Positions 16,216-24,782 of a DNA stretch of 64,000 nt are shown in pieces. Positions within the stretch are counted from its first letter, which is position 1. Every line of letters starts with the position of its first letter. The DNA lies in contig CP011209.1 in assembly GCA_001029635.1 (NCBI GenBank), forward strand, positions 618,435-682,434, given 5' to 3'. The translations under genes were made by a program, and so were the position numbers. The notes below the pieces were generated by a model. That model was not told the origin of the DNA. It did not search any database and saw only the letters and a list, made by a program, of their open reading frames with translations. This DNA comes from Candidatus Wolfebacteria bacterium GW2011_GWB1_47_1. Lineage in GTDB: Bacteria > Patescibacteriota > Minisyncoccia > UBA6257 > UBA9933.

Positions 16216-16312
16216 CCCCTCCCTATCCTTTTAGTATGGTGTACTGAAAACAAAATTGCACATACCTGTTATTTTGTCAATCTCCAGCTTACGGAATGTG
16301 CTCGAGGTATTT

Positions 16313-16342
16313 TTGACTTTTTGTTGGATAGGCTTATATACT
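16313..16342 (+). promoter_or_regulatory. Sigma70-like promoter of the two-peptide unit
   Basis: TTGACT (16313-16318) -N18- TATACT (16337-16342). Confidence 0.55.
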
Positions 16343-16390
16343 GGGGGTAGATTCTTTATCATTCGTCATTCTTAGTGAGGAGGTTTGAAA

Positions 16391-16534
16391 ATGTTTTCGA
16401 TACCGGGTGGCTTGGCAGAGCGATTGGGATTCCCTTCGTTCAATATCAATCTTGACCTCGATGATATCGCTGACGTCAGCGAGGAAGCAGCTGCTCACGT
16501 GTCAGTGAATCCCCGATTCGCCAGAAGGAGGTAG
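16391..16534 (+). CDS. Candidate 47-aa acidic peptide (MFSIPGGLAERLGFPSFNINLDLDDIADVSEEAAAHVSVNPRFARRR)
   Basis: GAGGAGG lies 7 nt upstream of the ATG, downstream of a strong promoter. Not in the ORF track (<60 aa). Confidence 0.5.
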   Translation: MFSIPGGLAERLGFPSFNINLDLDDIADVSEEAAAHVSVNPRFARRR

Positions 16535-16540
16535 TCTGAT

Positions 16541-16696
16541 ATGCTTATGCGAATTAAGCGTGGAGGAAAGATGGTTTTTATCCGCACTCAGCCTGCTCCG
16601 AGGACAAAGTGTTCGTGCGGTAAATTGGGGTGTTGCTGTGGCGCTGTTGATCTCTCGGCGCGTCCCTGGACAGGATATGGGTATCCCCATAGGTAA
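16541..16696 (+). CDS. Candidate 51-aa basic Cys-rich peptide (MLMRIKRGGKMVFIRTQPAPRTKCSCGKLGCCCGAVDLSARPWTGYGYPHR)
   Basis: AGGAGG lies 9 nt upstream of the ATG and overlaps the end of the preceding ORF. Same reading frame as 16391..16534, separated by TAG plus 2 codons. A terminator follows. Confidence 0.5.
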   Translation: MLMRIKRGGKMVFIRTQPAPRTKCSCGKLGCCCGAVDLSARPWTGYGYPHR

Positions 16697-16720
16697 GCCG
16701 CCGCATTACTTTTTATGACA

Positions 16721-16751
16721 AATGCCTCGCCGATACGGCGAGGCATTTTTT
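16721..16751. terminator. Hairpin terminator (atgcctcgcc gata cggcgaggcat + T7)
   Basis: Perfect 10-11 bp stem with a T-run on the plus strand. Lies between the peptide unit (+) and the rplI 3' end (-). Confidence 0.7.
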
Positions 16752-16756
16752 GTTGG

Positions 16757-17215
16757 CTATTTTTCTGGATTGAGTGTGACGGTTATCGTGCCGTTGATAC
16801 TGTGACCAAAGCTTATTTTTATTGCATGTGCGCCAAGTGTTTTGATCTGTTTTTCAAGATCTACTTTAATCACCGCATGCGCTTTTGCCAGAGGAGAAAG
16901 CTTCGCCTTGACCGCTTCCTCGATCTCGTGCTTGGTTACCGAGCCGAATACTTCCCCATTCTTTCCTACCTTTGTGATAAAGATGAATGCGTCATCGGCC
17001 AGTGTCTTTGCCAATGCATGCAACTCTGCTTCCAGTGTCTGTTGTTGTTTTGCCTTGCTTTCCTTCTGTACTTGCAAGATATGTGTTTCATGTCCTGTGG
17101 CAATCTTAACCAGCCCCTTTGGAATGAGCATATTTTTTGCGTGACCGTCGGAGACGTTTTTTACTTCTCCCTTTTTTCCTATACCCTTAATATCCTGCAA
17201 TAATATTACCTTCAT
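16757..17215 (-). CDS. rplI: 50S ribosomal protein L9
   Basis: [35 protein letters not shown] is the canonical L9 N-terminus. Confidence 0.95.
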   Translation of the reverse strand: MKVILLQDIKGIGKKGEVKNVSDGHAKNMLIPKGLVKIATGHETHILQVQKESKAKQQQTLEAELHALAKTLADDAFIFITKVGKNGEVFGSVTKHEIEEAVKAKLSPLAKAHAVIKVDLEKQIKTLGAHAIKISFGHSINGTITVTLNPEK

Positions 17216-17300
17216 AAAATTTTACGGAACTGGATTTCCGCCTTCCTGCTTTCGCATGAAGCTATAGCAAGGCAATGCGCGGGAATAGCAATTCTTATGC

Positions 17301-18557
17301 TTATTTCAATTCTGCATTAAGTGTTTCGACTGCCTTTGTGAGTTGTGGATCTCTTTCGTTCTTGAGATCTTCTTCAGTTAGACTTACTTCTACGTCGGGT
17401 GTAATGCCGTTCTTGTCGATGATCGTGCCATTAGGCGTGAGCCAATGGGCGATCGTGATTTTTACCAGTGCATTAGCTTTGAGTGGGATTAATTCCTGCA
17501 CGCTCCCCTTTCCAAAGCTTTTCTTTCCAACGAGCTTGGTGCCGTTGTTGTCCTTGAGCGCTCCCGCAAGGATTTCTGATGCGGAAGCCGATCCTTCGTT
17601 GATCAGAACCACCGTCGGAACGTCCTTGAATATCGGCATACCTTGTGCCTTGAATTCAGTGTGACCGTTGTCTTCGGATCGGAATTTTTCCGTTACTACA
17701 ACACTTCCACGCTCCATAAACCATCCTGCGATATTGACCGATGCATCGAGATAGCCTCCTGGATTATTACGCAAATCAAGAATGACTCCTTGTGGATCCT
17801 TTTCCACTGCTTCTACGAGCGCCTGATAGAATAGCAACGGAGCCTTTTCGTAAAAATTATAAAGCTGAATGTATAAGATCTTCCCATTAGTGTCTTCCTT
17901 CCCTGCGTCATTGAGCATCTTCCAATCAAGCGTTGGGATTTGGATCACGTCGCGCGTGATCTCGATATCCTTTGTATCGGGCCAACCTTCACGGAAGATT
18001 GACAGGGTCACCTTTGTTCCTTTTAGTCCGCGGATCTTCTTTACTGCGTTTTCGGTCGACAATCCTTCAGTACTCGAGTTGTCTATTTTTATGATCGCAT
18101 CACCCGGCTTGAGTCCTGCGCGATCGGCCGGCGTATTCTTGAGCGGAGCGACGACTACCAGCTGTTCGTTGCGGATTCCTATTTCCGCGCCGATGCCGCC
18201 GAATTCCCCGCTGATTTCTTGCGTAAAATCATCAGCTTCTTTTGGTGGCATGAATACGGAATACGGATCACCCGTGGCGGCGAGCATACCTGAGATCGCA
18301 CCATAGACCATTTCTTGGTCGGTTACCTGTTCGGCATTCACATACTTTTCTTGCAGCACTTTCCATACATCCCAAAAGAGGCTGAAGTCAACCTTTTCTT
18401 CGTTTCCTTCCTCAAGATTTACCACTCCCTTTACGAGCGTGACACTCGGCTCCTCGACGCCTGCCCGGTAGCCATAATAGAATGAACCACCTCCTATAAG
18501 GGCTATGCCTATTACGATACTTCCCGCTAATGCGAGCCTTTTCACCAAAATTTTCAT
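17301..18557 (-). CDS. ctpA: S41 family C-terminal processing peptidase with PDZ domain
   Basis: PDZ segment GGIGAEIG...PADRAGLKPGDAIIKID. Catalytic region VVLINEGSASASEILAGAL. N-terminal TM anchor. Confidence 0.85.
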   Translation of the reverse strand: MKILVKRLALAGSIVIGIALIGGGSFYYGYRAGVEEPSVTLVKGVVNLEEGNEEKVDFSLFWDVWKVLQEKYVNAEQVTDQEMVYGAISGMLAATGDPYSVFMPPKEADDFTQEISGEFGGIGAEIGIRNEQLVVVAPLKNTPADRAGLKPGDAIIKIDNSSTEGLSTENAVKKIRGLKGTKVTLSIFREGWPDTKDIEITRDVIQIPTLDWKMLNDAGKEDTNGKILYIQLYNFYEKAPLLFYQALVEAVEKDPQGVILDLRNNPGGYLDASVNIAGWFMERGSVVVTEKFRSEDNGHTEFKAQGMPIFKDVPTVVLINEGSASASEILAGALKDNNGTKLVGKKSFGKGSVQELIPLKANALVKITIAHWLTPNGTIIDKNGITPDVEVSLTEEDLKNERDPQLTKAVETLNAELK

Positions 18558-18674
18558 TGCTCAATTGTATCAAATGAAGGGCTTAAAGTCTATTAGAAAA
18601 AGCGTGGAAAAGAGGAATAGTATAAAAATAGCACCTTACTATTGGGTGCTATTTTAATGAATATATCGAAGATA

Positions 18675-19253
18675 TTATTCATGTAGTAACGGTATTGATC
18701 GCACGATCGAATACTTTGCTCCTGTGCTTTCGAGGTGCGTTTCCATGATGTCGATCCGTGCGACTGGAATTGGTATTGTGTGCGCAAGCGCTATAGCGTG
18801 ATCTGCTATCTTTCGCCCCTCCGGGAGTCGGGCGAGTGTGATATGGCCGTTAAAGTTCGCAAACTGTTCTCCCTGTGGGTGAATTGCGTGATTCGCGAGC
18901 TCTTGCAGAACCCCCTTTTTGAATGTTCCTAGTACTGTATTTGATTCTGCCAATAGCGTCGCCCAGATCATGCGCGGGGGTCTGTGCGGTGGCGCTGTGG
19001 TTAGCATCTTGATTGCCAACTGCGGAATTGTTATCTGTCGTGCTACATCTGTTATGATGCGCTCGATCACATCGATTGAATGTTCCTCCTGCTCTCCCAA
19101 ATAAAGCACGGTAATGTGCCAATCTTGACTAGGCGTCATTCGCGCGTTTGCATACAGGTCTGGATATGTCGCACTATCCGCCTGCAGTAATTGGCGTACG
19201 GCCTCGATTGCTTCGGGGGGTATATTGATGGCAATAAAAAGGCTTTTTTTCAT
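18675..19253 (-). CDS. thpR: RNA 2',3'-cyclic phosphodiesterase / 2'-5' RNA ligase (2H family)
   Basis: Two HxT motifs: HITVLYLG and HITLARL. Confidence 0.8.
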   Translation of the reverse strand: MKKSLFIAINIPPEAIEAVRQLLQADSATYPDLYANARMTPSQDWHITVLYLGEQEEHSIDVIERIITDVARQITIPQLAIKMLTTAPPHRPPRMIWATLLAESNTVLGTFKKGVLQELANHAIHPQGEQFANFNGHITLARLPEGRKIADHAIALAHTIPIPVARIDIMETHLESTGAKYSIVRSIPLLHE

Positions 19254-19293
19254 ATGCCTTAGTATATCAGAGTTATTTGTATTTGCATTCCGA

Positions 19294-19500
19294 TCATTCC
19301 CGTTTAGTGTTCTTTACTAATCGCACGATAAAACAGAACCCTGTGATCGAAGAAATAATAAGAGCGACTCCGATGATACCTGCGGTGAGTGAGACCGAAA
19401 AGCCTCCTTCGTACTTCCATGCAAAAAATACCAGCACCAAGCCGACAATTGCGCGAATAGCCCGATTGACAGCCCCAATATTTTTGATGTCATTGCACAT
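19294..19500 (-). CDS. DUF2892 (YgaP-like) small membrane protein
   Basis: NIGAVNRAIRAIVGLVLVFFA is typical of DUF2892. Start set at the ATG at 19500 to avoid overlap with the upstream gene. Confidence 0.6.
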   Translation of the reverse strand: MCNDIKNIGAVNRAIRAIVGLVLVFFAWKYEGGFSVSLTAGIIGVALIISSITGFCFIVRLVKNTKRE

Positions 19501-19531
19501 ATGTGTAAATATCTTTATGCGACCTTTCTTG

Positions 19532-20620
19532 TTACGGCTGAAGAATATCTTCCGTCCTGCCATTGATTGATACTATAACTTCTCTGATGGTCGAAAATTG
19601 TTTAAGCGTGTTTATGATCTGTGCACGGATCGCCGTTACACGGCATGAGCCGCCAACGTTCCGTTCGAGGTTTTCCGTAAAATCTATACGTGCGGTTCCA
19701 TTTTCTATTATGAGCGAATTGATCTGTACGTTCGGAGATATGTTCGTAAAATAGTCAGATTCCTTGTCTTGTTCGTTTGGGCCTTTGAGGAGTTCTTCGA
19801 TAGCCGCGCGACCAATACCTTCGGTCCACGGAATCTCCCGAGTCACCGGGAATACCTTATCGCATAGGAATGCAGGGTCAAGATTGCTGTTATTAAAGAA
19901 CACGTTTACCCTTCGTGTCTTTTGAGAAAAAACGATTGGCATCTCAAACGTCTTTTGATTCTCTTCTAGTCCGCTTGGATTGTCATTTTTAAACACAAGA
20001 AATCCTGTCGCGGTCGTTGGTTCCGTAAACTCAAGTATTGTGGTGAATGGGACCAGCGATTCCGACATCCAATCTTTTGTCGCGGTGACATAGTGTTGTC
20101 CTAACGGCTTGCGGTCTGCATCGGTAATTGTTACGGGAAACACCGCCTCGAAGTACCATAGTCCGCGCGCTAATCCTTCAATTTTGACCGGGCTGACAAC
20201 CGGGTCAATTTCTGTTGGGGCTAGTATGACAATCTCTGGTGTCATAACGATGCGCAGCTCTCCGATGATAAGCGCGTCAGTAGATACTACTTCTCCCTTT
20301 CCCTCAATAATCGAGCCTCGATAGATCTGGGTTGTGTCAATAGTCTCCCCTTTTTCATTCGCGATGCGCGTTTCCGGTACGATCGCCAATTGAATCGTTT
20401 TGCCGTCATCGTTTTGCACCGTGATCATCTGCGCATTTTGCATGACATCTGTAACCGTTCCTCGGATGGTCTTATTCATGCGAATCGTGGCGGTTAGTTC
20501 GTCTCCACGTTGCTGCTCGCTCCACGGTGGAGTAACCATCCTCCATACATATACCAAGCCCATTATGATCAAGATGCCGGCAATTGTTGTTGTGGTAAAA
20601 AAGAAAGCTCGTGATCTCAT
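19532..20620 (-). CDS. Membrane-anchored Gmad2 Ig-like + GerMN domain protein
   Basis: The C-terminal ...AAIEELLKGP...ARIDFTENL...IINTLKQFSTIREVIVSINGR is GerMN-like. The middle segment EGLARGLWYFEAVFPVTITD is Gmad2-like. Confidence 0.65.
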   Translation of the reverse strand: MRSRAFFFTTTTIAGILIIMGLVYVWRMVTPPWSEQQRGDELTATIRMNKTIRGTVTDVMQNAQMITVQNDDGKTIQLAIVPETRIANEKGETIDTTQIYRGSIIEGKGEVVSTDALIIGELRIVMTPEIVILAPTEIDPVVSPVKIEGLARGLWYFEAVFPVTITDADRKPLGQHYVTATKDWMSESLVPFTTILEFTEPTTATGFLVFKNDNPSGLEENQKTFEMPIVFSQKTRRVNVFFNNSNLDPAFLCDKVFPVTREIPWTEGIGRAAIEELLKGPNEQDKESDYFTNISPNVQINSLIIENGTARIDFTENLERNVGGSCRVTAIRAQIINTLKQFSTIREVIVSINGRTEDILQP

Positions 20621-20634
20621 ATGGTCTAAGTGTA

Positions 20635-21900
20635 TTACTTGTTCTTCGGTGGTACAAGCCGATAGATGACCCCGGCCTTATCGTCGGAGATATATGCCGT
20701 TCCATTTGGTGCGAATAGTATATCAACAGGGCGTCCGAGCGCATCGTAGTCGTCCGTGAGCCATCCGTTTATGAAATCATCCATGCCTTCATATGCGCCG
20801 TTTTCCGTCAGTTTTATACGCACAATCTTATAGCCGGTCGGCGTGCTGCGATTCCAGGATCCATGGTATGCGACTAGTAGATCATTGTGATATTCGGTAG
20901 GCCAGCTATCCGGGATGAATGCGAGTCCAAGTGGTGCGGAATGTGCCGGGATATCTATGTAGCTTGGCGTCTCGAATGGTTCCATGCACGGATTGCGGAA
21001 GTAGGTATTCTTATCGAACTCCGTATCATGAATGTTCTTCCCGTAGCAGATGGGCCACCCGTAATTCCCCCCTTTCTTGATGATATTTAGTTCGTCGGGT
21101 GGTGTGCCGTCCCCTAACATATCCCGGCCCATTTCTGTTGCCCAAATGTCCCTGGTATAGGGGTGGAAAGCCATAAAAACGCTATTACGGAGCCCTGTGG
21201 CGAACGTTTGCATCTTTCCTGTGTCTATAGCTATTTCGAGTATCTTTGCCCGATTTTGGTCCGTTTCCCGGCAGACATTACAGGACGAGCCGACCGACAC
21301 TAGGAGGTTATTTCCGTATGACAATAGGGTACGGGTGGAATGCCCGCCTCCGATCGGCAGCGGTGCGATTGCCCGCTTATCGGATGCAGTCAGCGTTTTT
21401 GGGTCGTAGGAAAATTCGCCTACCAAATCGTTTTCGGCGACATAGAGCTTGCAGTCATTCGACTGTACGCATTGTGTGACAATACCGTGAGGACTGTTCA
21501 ATCCGCCTATAACTGTTTTCGTCTCGTCACTCTTTCCGTCGTTATTTTTGTCGATGAGCGCGACCACCTTCCCTTGCGCGGGAATGCTTGCAAGTAGGAT
21601 TCCATTCGGGTCAAAAGTCAGTACGCGGGGATCGACGAGATCCTTCGCAAAGATGGAAAGTGAAAATCCCCGCGGCATGCGTAATGGACCCTGCTGCACT
21701 CGCCGTTCGGGTTCTGCTGATTCTTTTTGTTCTTCTATTGGCGCGGGAGAACTCTCCTCGATGAGTCGGACAATATCCTGTTCGGGCTCTAATACCGCCG
21801 GCCAGATGCCGCGCAGCTGCGTCCAATAAACAGCCGTCAATCCCGCTACGATTGCGATCGCAAGTATGGCCTCTATAATGATGCGTATTTTTTGTTTCAT
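20635..21900 (-). CDS. PQQ-dependent (soluble) sugar dehydrogenase family beta-propeller, membrane-anchored
   Basis: GGNYGWP motif and propeller-like repeats. Start at 21900 overlaps the sod stop codon (ATGA). Confidence 0.7.
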   Translation of the reverse strand: MKQKIRIIIEAILAIAIVAGLTAVYWTQLRGIWPAVLEPEQDIVRLIEESSPAPIEEQKESAEPERRVQQGPLRMPRGFSLSIFAKDLVDPRVLTFDPNGILLASIPAQGKVVALIDKNNDGKSDETKTVIGGLNSPHGIVTQCVQSNDCKLYVAENDLVGEFSYDPKTLTASDKRAIAPLPIGGGHSTRTLLSYGNNLLVSVGSSCNVCRETDQNRAKILEIAIDTGKMQTFATGLRNSVFMAFHPYTRDIWATEMGRDMLGDGTPPDELNIIKKGGNYGWPICYGKNIHDTEFDKNTYFRNPCMEPFETPSYIDIPAHSAPLGLAFIPDSWPTEYHNDLLVAYHGSWNRSTPTGYKIVRIKLTENGAYEGMDDFINGWLTDDYDALGRPVDILFAPNGTAYISDDKAGVIYRLVPPKNK

Positions 21901-22508
21901 CCGAGTGCGTTGTATCTTTCTTCTACCGCCTTCCAATCGAGCACGTTCCACCAGTTTTCGATGTATTCGGGGCGACGATTCTGGTAGTGCAGATAATACG
22001 CATGCTCCCAAATATCAATAACCATAAGTGGCGCATCTCCTGTCATTAGCGGATTGTCGTGGCCGGTGGTCGAAACGATCTTGAGCTTTTTATTTGCGTC
22101 GGCCGCTAACCACACCCAGCCACTCCCAAAAATATTTGCGGCCGCCTTTGAAAATTGCTCCTTGAACGCAATAATGCTCCCAAATGTTTCTACGAGCGCA
22201 TTGCCGAGTTCTTCAGGAATATATTCTTGTGTCGCCGGATTCATAATGTTCCAATACAGCGTGTGACTAAAGTGTCCACCCGCGTTGTTGCGCACGGTCG
22301 TGCGGATCTCTTCGGGAAGCTCGTTGAGTGACTTGATCAATTCCTCGACCGTCTTATCTTGCAGGTCGGGATATTTTTCAAGCGCGGCGTTGAGCTTGTC
22401 GACGTACGATTGATGATGTTTTGTGTGATGGATCTCGAGCGTCTTCGCGTCGATGAACGGCTCGAGCGCATTATATGCGTATGGAAGCGGAGGAAGTTCG
22501 TGTTTCAT
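21897..22508 (-). CDS. sodA: Fe/Mn superoxide dismutase
   Basis: LPPLPYAYNALEPFID...HHTKHH...DIWEHAYYL motifs. Metal specificity is not decidable by eye. Confidence 0.95.
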   Translation of the reverse strand: MKHELPPLPYAYNALEPFIDAKTLEIHHTKHHQSYVDKLNAALEKYPDLQDKTVEELIKSLNELPEEIRTTVRNNAGGHFSHTLYWNIMNPATQEYIPEELGNALVETFGSIIAFKEQFSKAAANIFGSGWVWLAADANKKLKIVSTTGHDNPLMTGDAPLMVIDIWEHAYYLHYQNRRPEYIENWWNVLDWKAVEERYNALG

Positions 22509-22623
22509 ATTGACAGTGTTATTATGTTAACGAGTTAACGGGTTGCGCGTTAGGCATCCCACCGAATCGACTACTCTAATTATATACTTCCGTGGAAAAT
22601 TTAACACTGCGATCGATCACCGT

Positions 22624-22654
22624 AAAACAAAAAACGCCCCGGGAGGGGCGTTGC
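22624..22654 (-). terminator. Intrinsic terminator, family 1 (cgccccgggaggggcg)
   Basis: Hairpin plus T-run on the minus strand after gene 22669..23022. This 31-mer is identical to 23090-23120. Confidence 0.75.
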
Positions 22655-22668
22655 GGATTTGCGACAAC

Positions 22669-23022
22669 TTACGGAAGATGGCCACTGCGATCAGGAGGGA
22701 TATAGTTCATGTATATGATCTGGATGCTGTAGCGGTACATGCCAGGATACTTGCTGATGATATCCAGGATCGGTGCAAGCGTAGCCGCGTCTTTGCATGT
22801 GTGATAGATGCGTACGTACGGAGTACCCGTGAACCTTTCCTGGACCCTTCCGCCGATGTACACTTCCTTGTCGTCGGTGATCGCTGTTACGATAAGGTCG
22901 ATGTCGGGGAATGCTTCCCGAAAATAGAGGGTAATTTTTTGATCGGTATTTTGTAGGTCCCATAACGCTTGCCCTCTGCCAATGCCATGGAATTCGATCT
23001 GAACTGTTATCCTTGAATTCAT
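22669..23022 (-). CDS. Hypothetical protein (117 aa), orphan cassette
   Basis: GGAGGAG SD, own promoter and terminator. C-terminal ...IIYMNYIPPD motif is shared with two other orphans. Confidence 0.65.
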   Translation of the reverse strand: MNSRITVQIEFHGIGRGQALWDLQNTDQKITLYFREAFPDIDLIVTAITDDKEVYIGGRVQERFTGTPYVRIYHTCKDAATLAPILDIISKYPGMYRYSIQIIYMNYIPPDRSGHLP

Positions 23023-23089
23023 CTAGTCTCCTCCACTCTCTATGTGATGATATACTAGGTCTAGTGTGTCTTATTATTCCGGGTTTGTC

Positions 23090-23120
23090 AAAACAAAAAA
23101 CGCCCCGGGAGGGGCGTTGC
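23090..23120 (-). terminator. Intrinsic terminator, family 1 (exact duplicate of 22624-22654), T-run fused to TTGACA
   Basis: Identical 31-mer. On the minus strand the T-run runs into gttTTGACAaac, the -35 of the next gene. Confidence 0.75.
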
Positions 23121-23132
23121 TGCGACGAAGGG

Positions 23133-23480
23133 TTAGTTAGTCGGGAGAGTCGCGAGCGTCTTAAGGAAAGAGCGATAGCTGTCAATCTGAACCCCATCTG
23201 TCAATTGCAGATCGAATGTTCCTTTAAGTGGTTCCAGTGCCTCAGCGACAGAAAGCATTGCGGGGTTGTCCATTTCTCCGACGATGCGAATAATCGGCTT
23301 TGCCCGCTTAAGAGCTGAATGTAGCGAAATACGCCTGTTGTTTTCTGACACGATAATACAACACTGATCCCTGGCCTCCTGAGAAATACCTCCGAGTGCT
23401 TTTTTGATATCACCTAGCGTTGCACCTGTCATCTTTTGATCAGCGAAATCACCGATGCCATCTATAAAGATATTAATCAT
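23133..23480 (-). CDS. Hypothetical protein (115 aa), orphan cassette
   Basis: AAGGAGAG SD. TTGACA-N17-TAAGGT upstream. Own terminator. Confidence 0.65.
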   Translation of the reverse strand: MINIFIDGIGDFADQKMTGATLGDIKKALGGISQEARDQCCIIVSENNRRISLHSALKRAKPIIRIVGEMDNPAMLSVAEALEPLKGTFDLQLTDGVQIDSYRSFLKTLATLPTN

Positions 23481-23576
23481 ACTACATCTCTCCTTTCTGT
23501 GGCTTGCTATGAACTAAAAGTACCTTAATTCTAAATATTTTTCCTGTCAATTTATTTGGTTAAAAAAACGCCCCAG

Positions 23577-23596
23577 GTGGGGCGTTGGATGCGTGT
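23577..23596 (-). terminator. Intrinsic terminator, family 1 variant (aacgccccaggtggggcgtt)
   Basis: Hairpin plus T-run on the minus strand after gene 23601..23957. Confidence 0.7.
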
Positions 23597-23600
23597 CTTG

Positions 23601-23957
23601 CTAAAGTTCATCCAGATAACTTTGCCGCACTACTGCGGGCGGGTTTGACGGATTGTACCACTCCCCCTTTTTTGCCTTGGGCGGAATGTAAGACGGCATA
23701 GGGATGATATTGATGCCGTATCCTGCTGCCCGGGTGTGTTGCTCCCGTGTGCGGATCAATGTGACGATCACGGTAACATCTTCTTCCGGTTCTACCCCGA
23801 TGCGGATGATAGAGGCCGGAGCATCGCTAACCACCCGAAACATGCAGTCTTTTGTGTTAATACCGTACGTTTCGATTGCTAGCCGCATTTGTCCGAGACT
23901 TTCTTCTGCCCATTGCCGTTGGTCCGGGGATTCTATCTGTAGTTCGAAAAAGACCAT
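23601..23957 (-). CDS. Hypothetical protein (118 aa), orphan cassette
   Basis: AAGGAGG SD with TTGACA upstream. C-terminal ...INIIPMPSYIPPK motif. Confidence 0.65.
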   Translation of the reverse strand: MVFFELQIESPDQRQWAEESLGQMRLAIETYGINTKDCMFRVVSDAPASIIRIGVEPEEDVTVIVTLIRTREQHTRAAGYGINIIPMPSYIPPKAKKGEWYNPSNPPAVVRQSYLDEL

Positions 23958-24031
23958 AGGTCCTCCTTTTTCATGAGCTGATGATCTAGAAGTACCCTAT
24001 GGCAAATTGCTTGGCGTGTCAATTTGATTGC

Positions 24032-24059
24032 AAAAAGGCCCACATCGTACTGGCCTTTG
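24032..24059 (-). terminator. Intrinsic terminator after the peptidase E-like gene
   Basis: aaaggcc...ggccttt hairpin with a T-run on the minus strand, followed by TTGACA. Confidence 0.6.
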
Positions 24060-24146
24060 GGTAGATTATAGGAGGAAGTCTTTGCTGGAATTTTCTGCGT
24101 TTCTGATATACGCCAAAACAAAAAAACGTTATGGATGTTGTTACGA

Positions 24147-24770
24147 TTATAGCGAGACTATTTTGAATGTATTGTTCTCCAGCCATACCGCCTGAGTGTC
24201 CTGGATAAAAAGAAGTGGGTCGGTATTGATTGGGAGCTTTTCGACGACTTTGCCAAATTCGTTTACGAACTCCGGATTGTTGGAGTGTGGCATGATGCTG
24301 AAGTTTATGATTCCTAACCCCTTTTGATCAGGTACATCAGCGAGGAATGGCTTTTCCTCTTCGTCGAATGCGAACATTGCGAGTGAGGGCCCCATGATCA
24401 TCGCTCCCGCGCTGGTGCCGGTATAGATGATGGAATCGTTTTTGATCGTATCAACAATAGTCGATTCAAGCCCTCTCTTTCTGATCAGCCCGACGAGATA
24501 AAAAACAGCTCCACCTGCAATGTGTAGTATATCTGCGTCCGCGAGCGTTTGCTCGAGTTCTTCTGCGGTGATGGTGCGTAGGTCGATATCCGTCGTTTCG
24601 TATCCGAGCTCCTTAAATTTTATTCGATCGTTATCTACCCACCATGGGTGTTCTTGCGCATTATCTGATGCGTTTGCAATAAAGGCAACTTTTGTTGCGG
24701 GTTTATTTTTTAATAGCGGTCTTAGGAGTGGGAGGGTTTTGTCGAGTGATGAGGCGAGGAAGAGATACAT
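24147..24770 (-). CDS. S51 family peptidase (dipeptidase E-like)
   Basis: YTGTSAGAMIMG (Ser nucleophile context) and the ...IMPHSN region. Length is about 207 aa. Confidence 0.7.
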   Translation of the reverse strand: MYLFLASSLDKTLPLLRPLLKNKPATKVAFIANASDNAQEHPWWVDNDRIKFKELGYETTDIDLRTITAEELEQTLADADILHIAGGAVFYLVGLIRKRGLESTIVDTIKNDSIIYTGTSAGAMIMGPSLAMFAFDEEEKPFLADVPDQKGLGIINFSIMPHSNNPEFVNEFGKVVEKLPINTDPLLFIQDTQAVWLENNTFKIVSL

Positions 24771-24782
24771 TATCTATTGTAT

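Noticed and set aside
16502-16690. ORF 16502..16690 (-) antisense to the Cys-rich peptide ORF
   Set aside because: It has no SD or promoter and runs against a unit with a clear plus-strand promoter, two SDs and a terminator.
23933-24121. ORF 23933..24121 (-), and a GGAGG-TTG plus-strand mini-ORF at about 24066-24190
   Set aside because: The first spans a terminator hairpin and a promoter. The second uses a TTG start and runs antisense into the peptidase E-like gene. Neither is supported.
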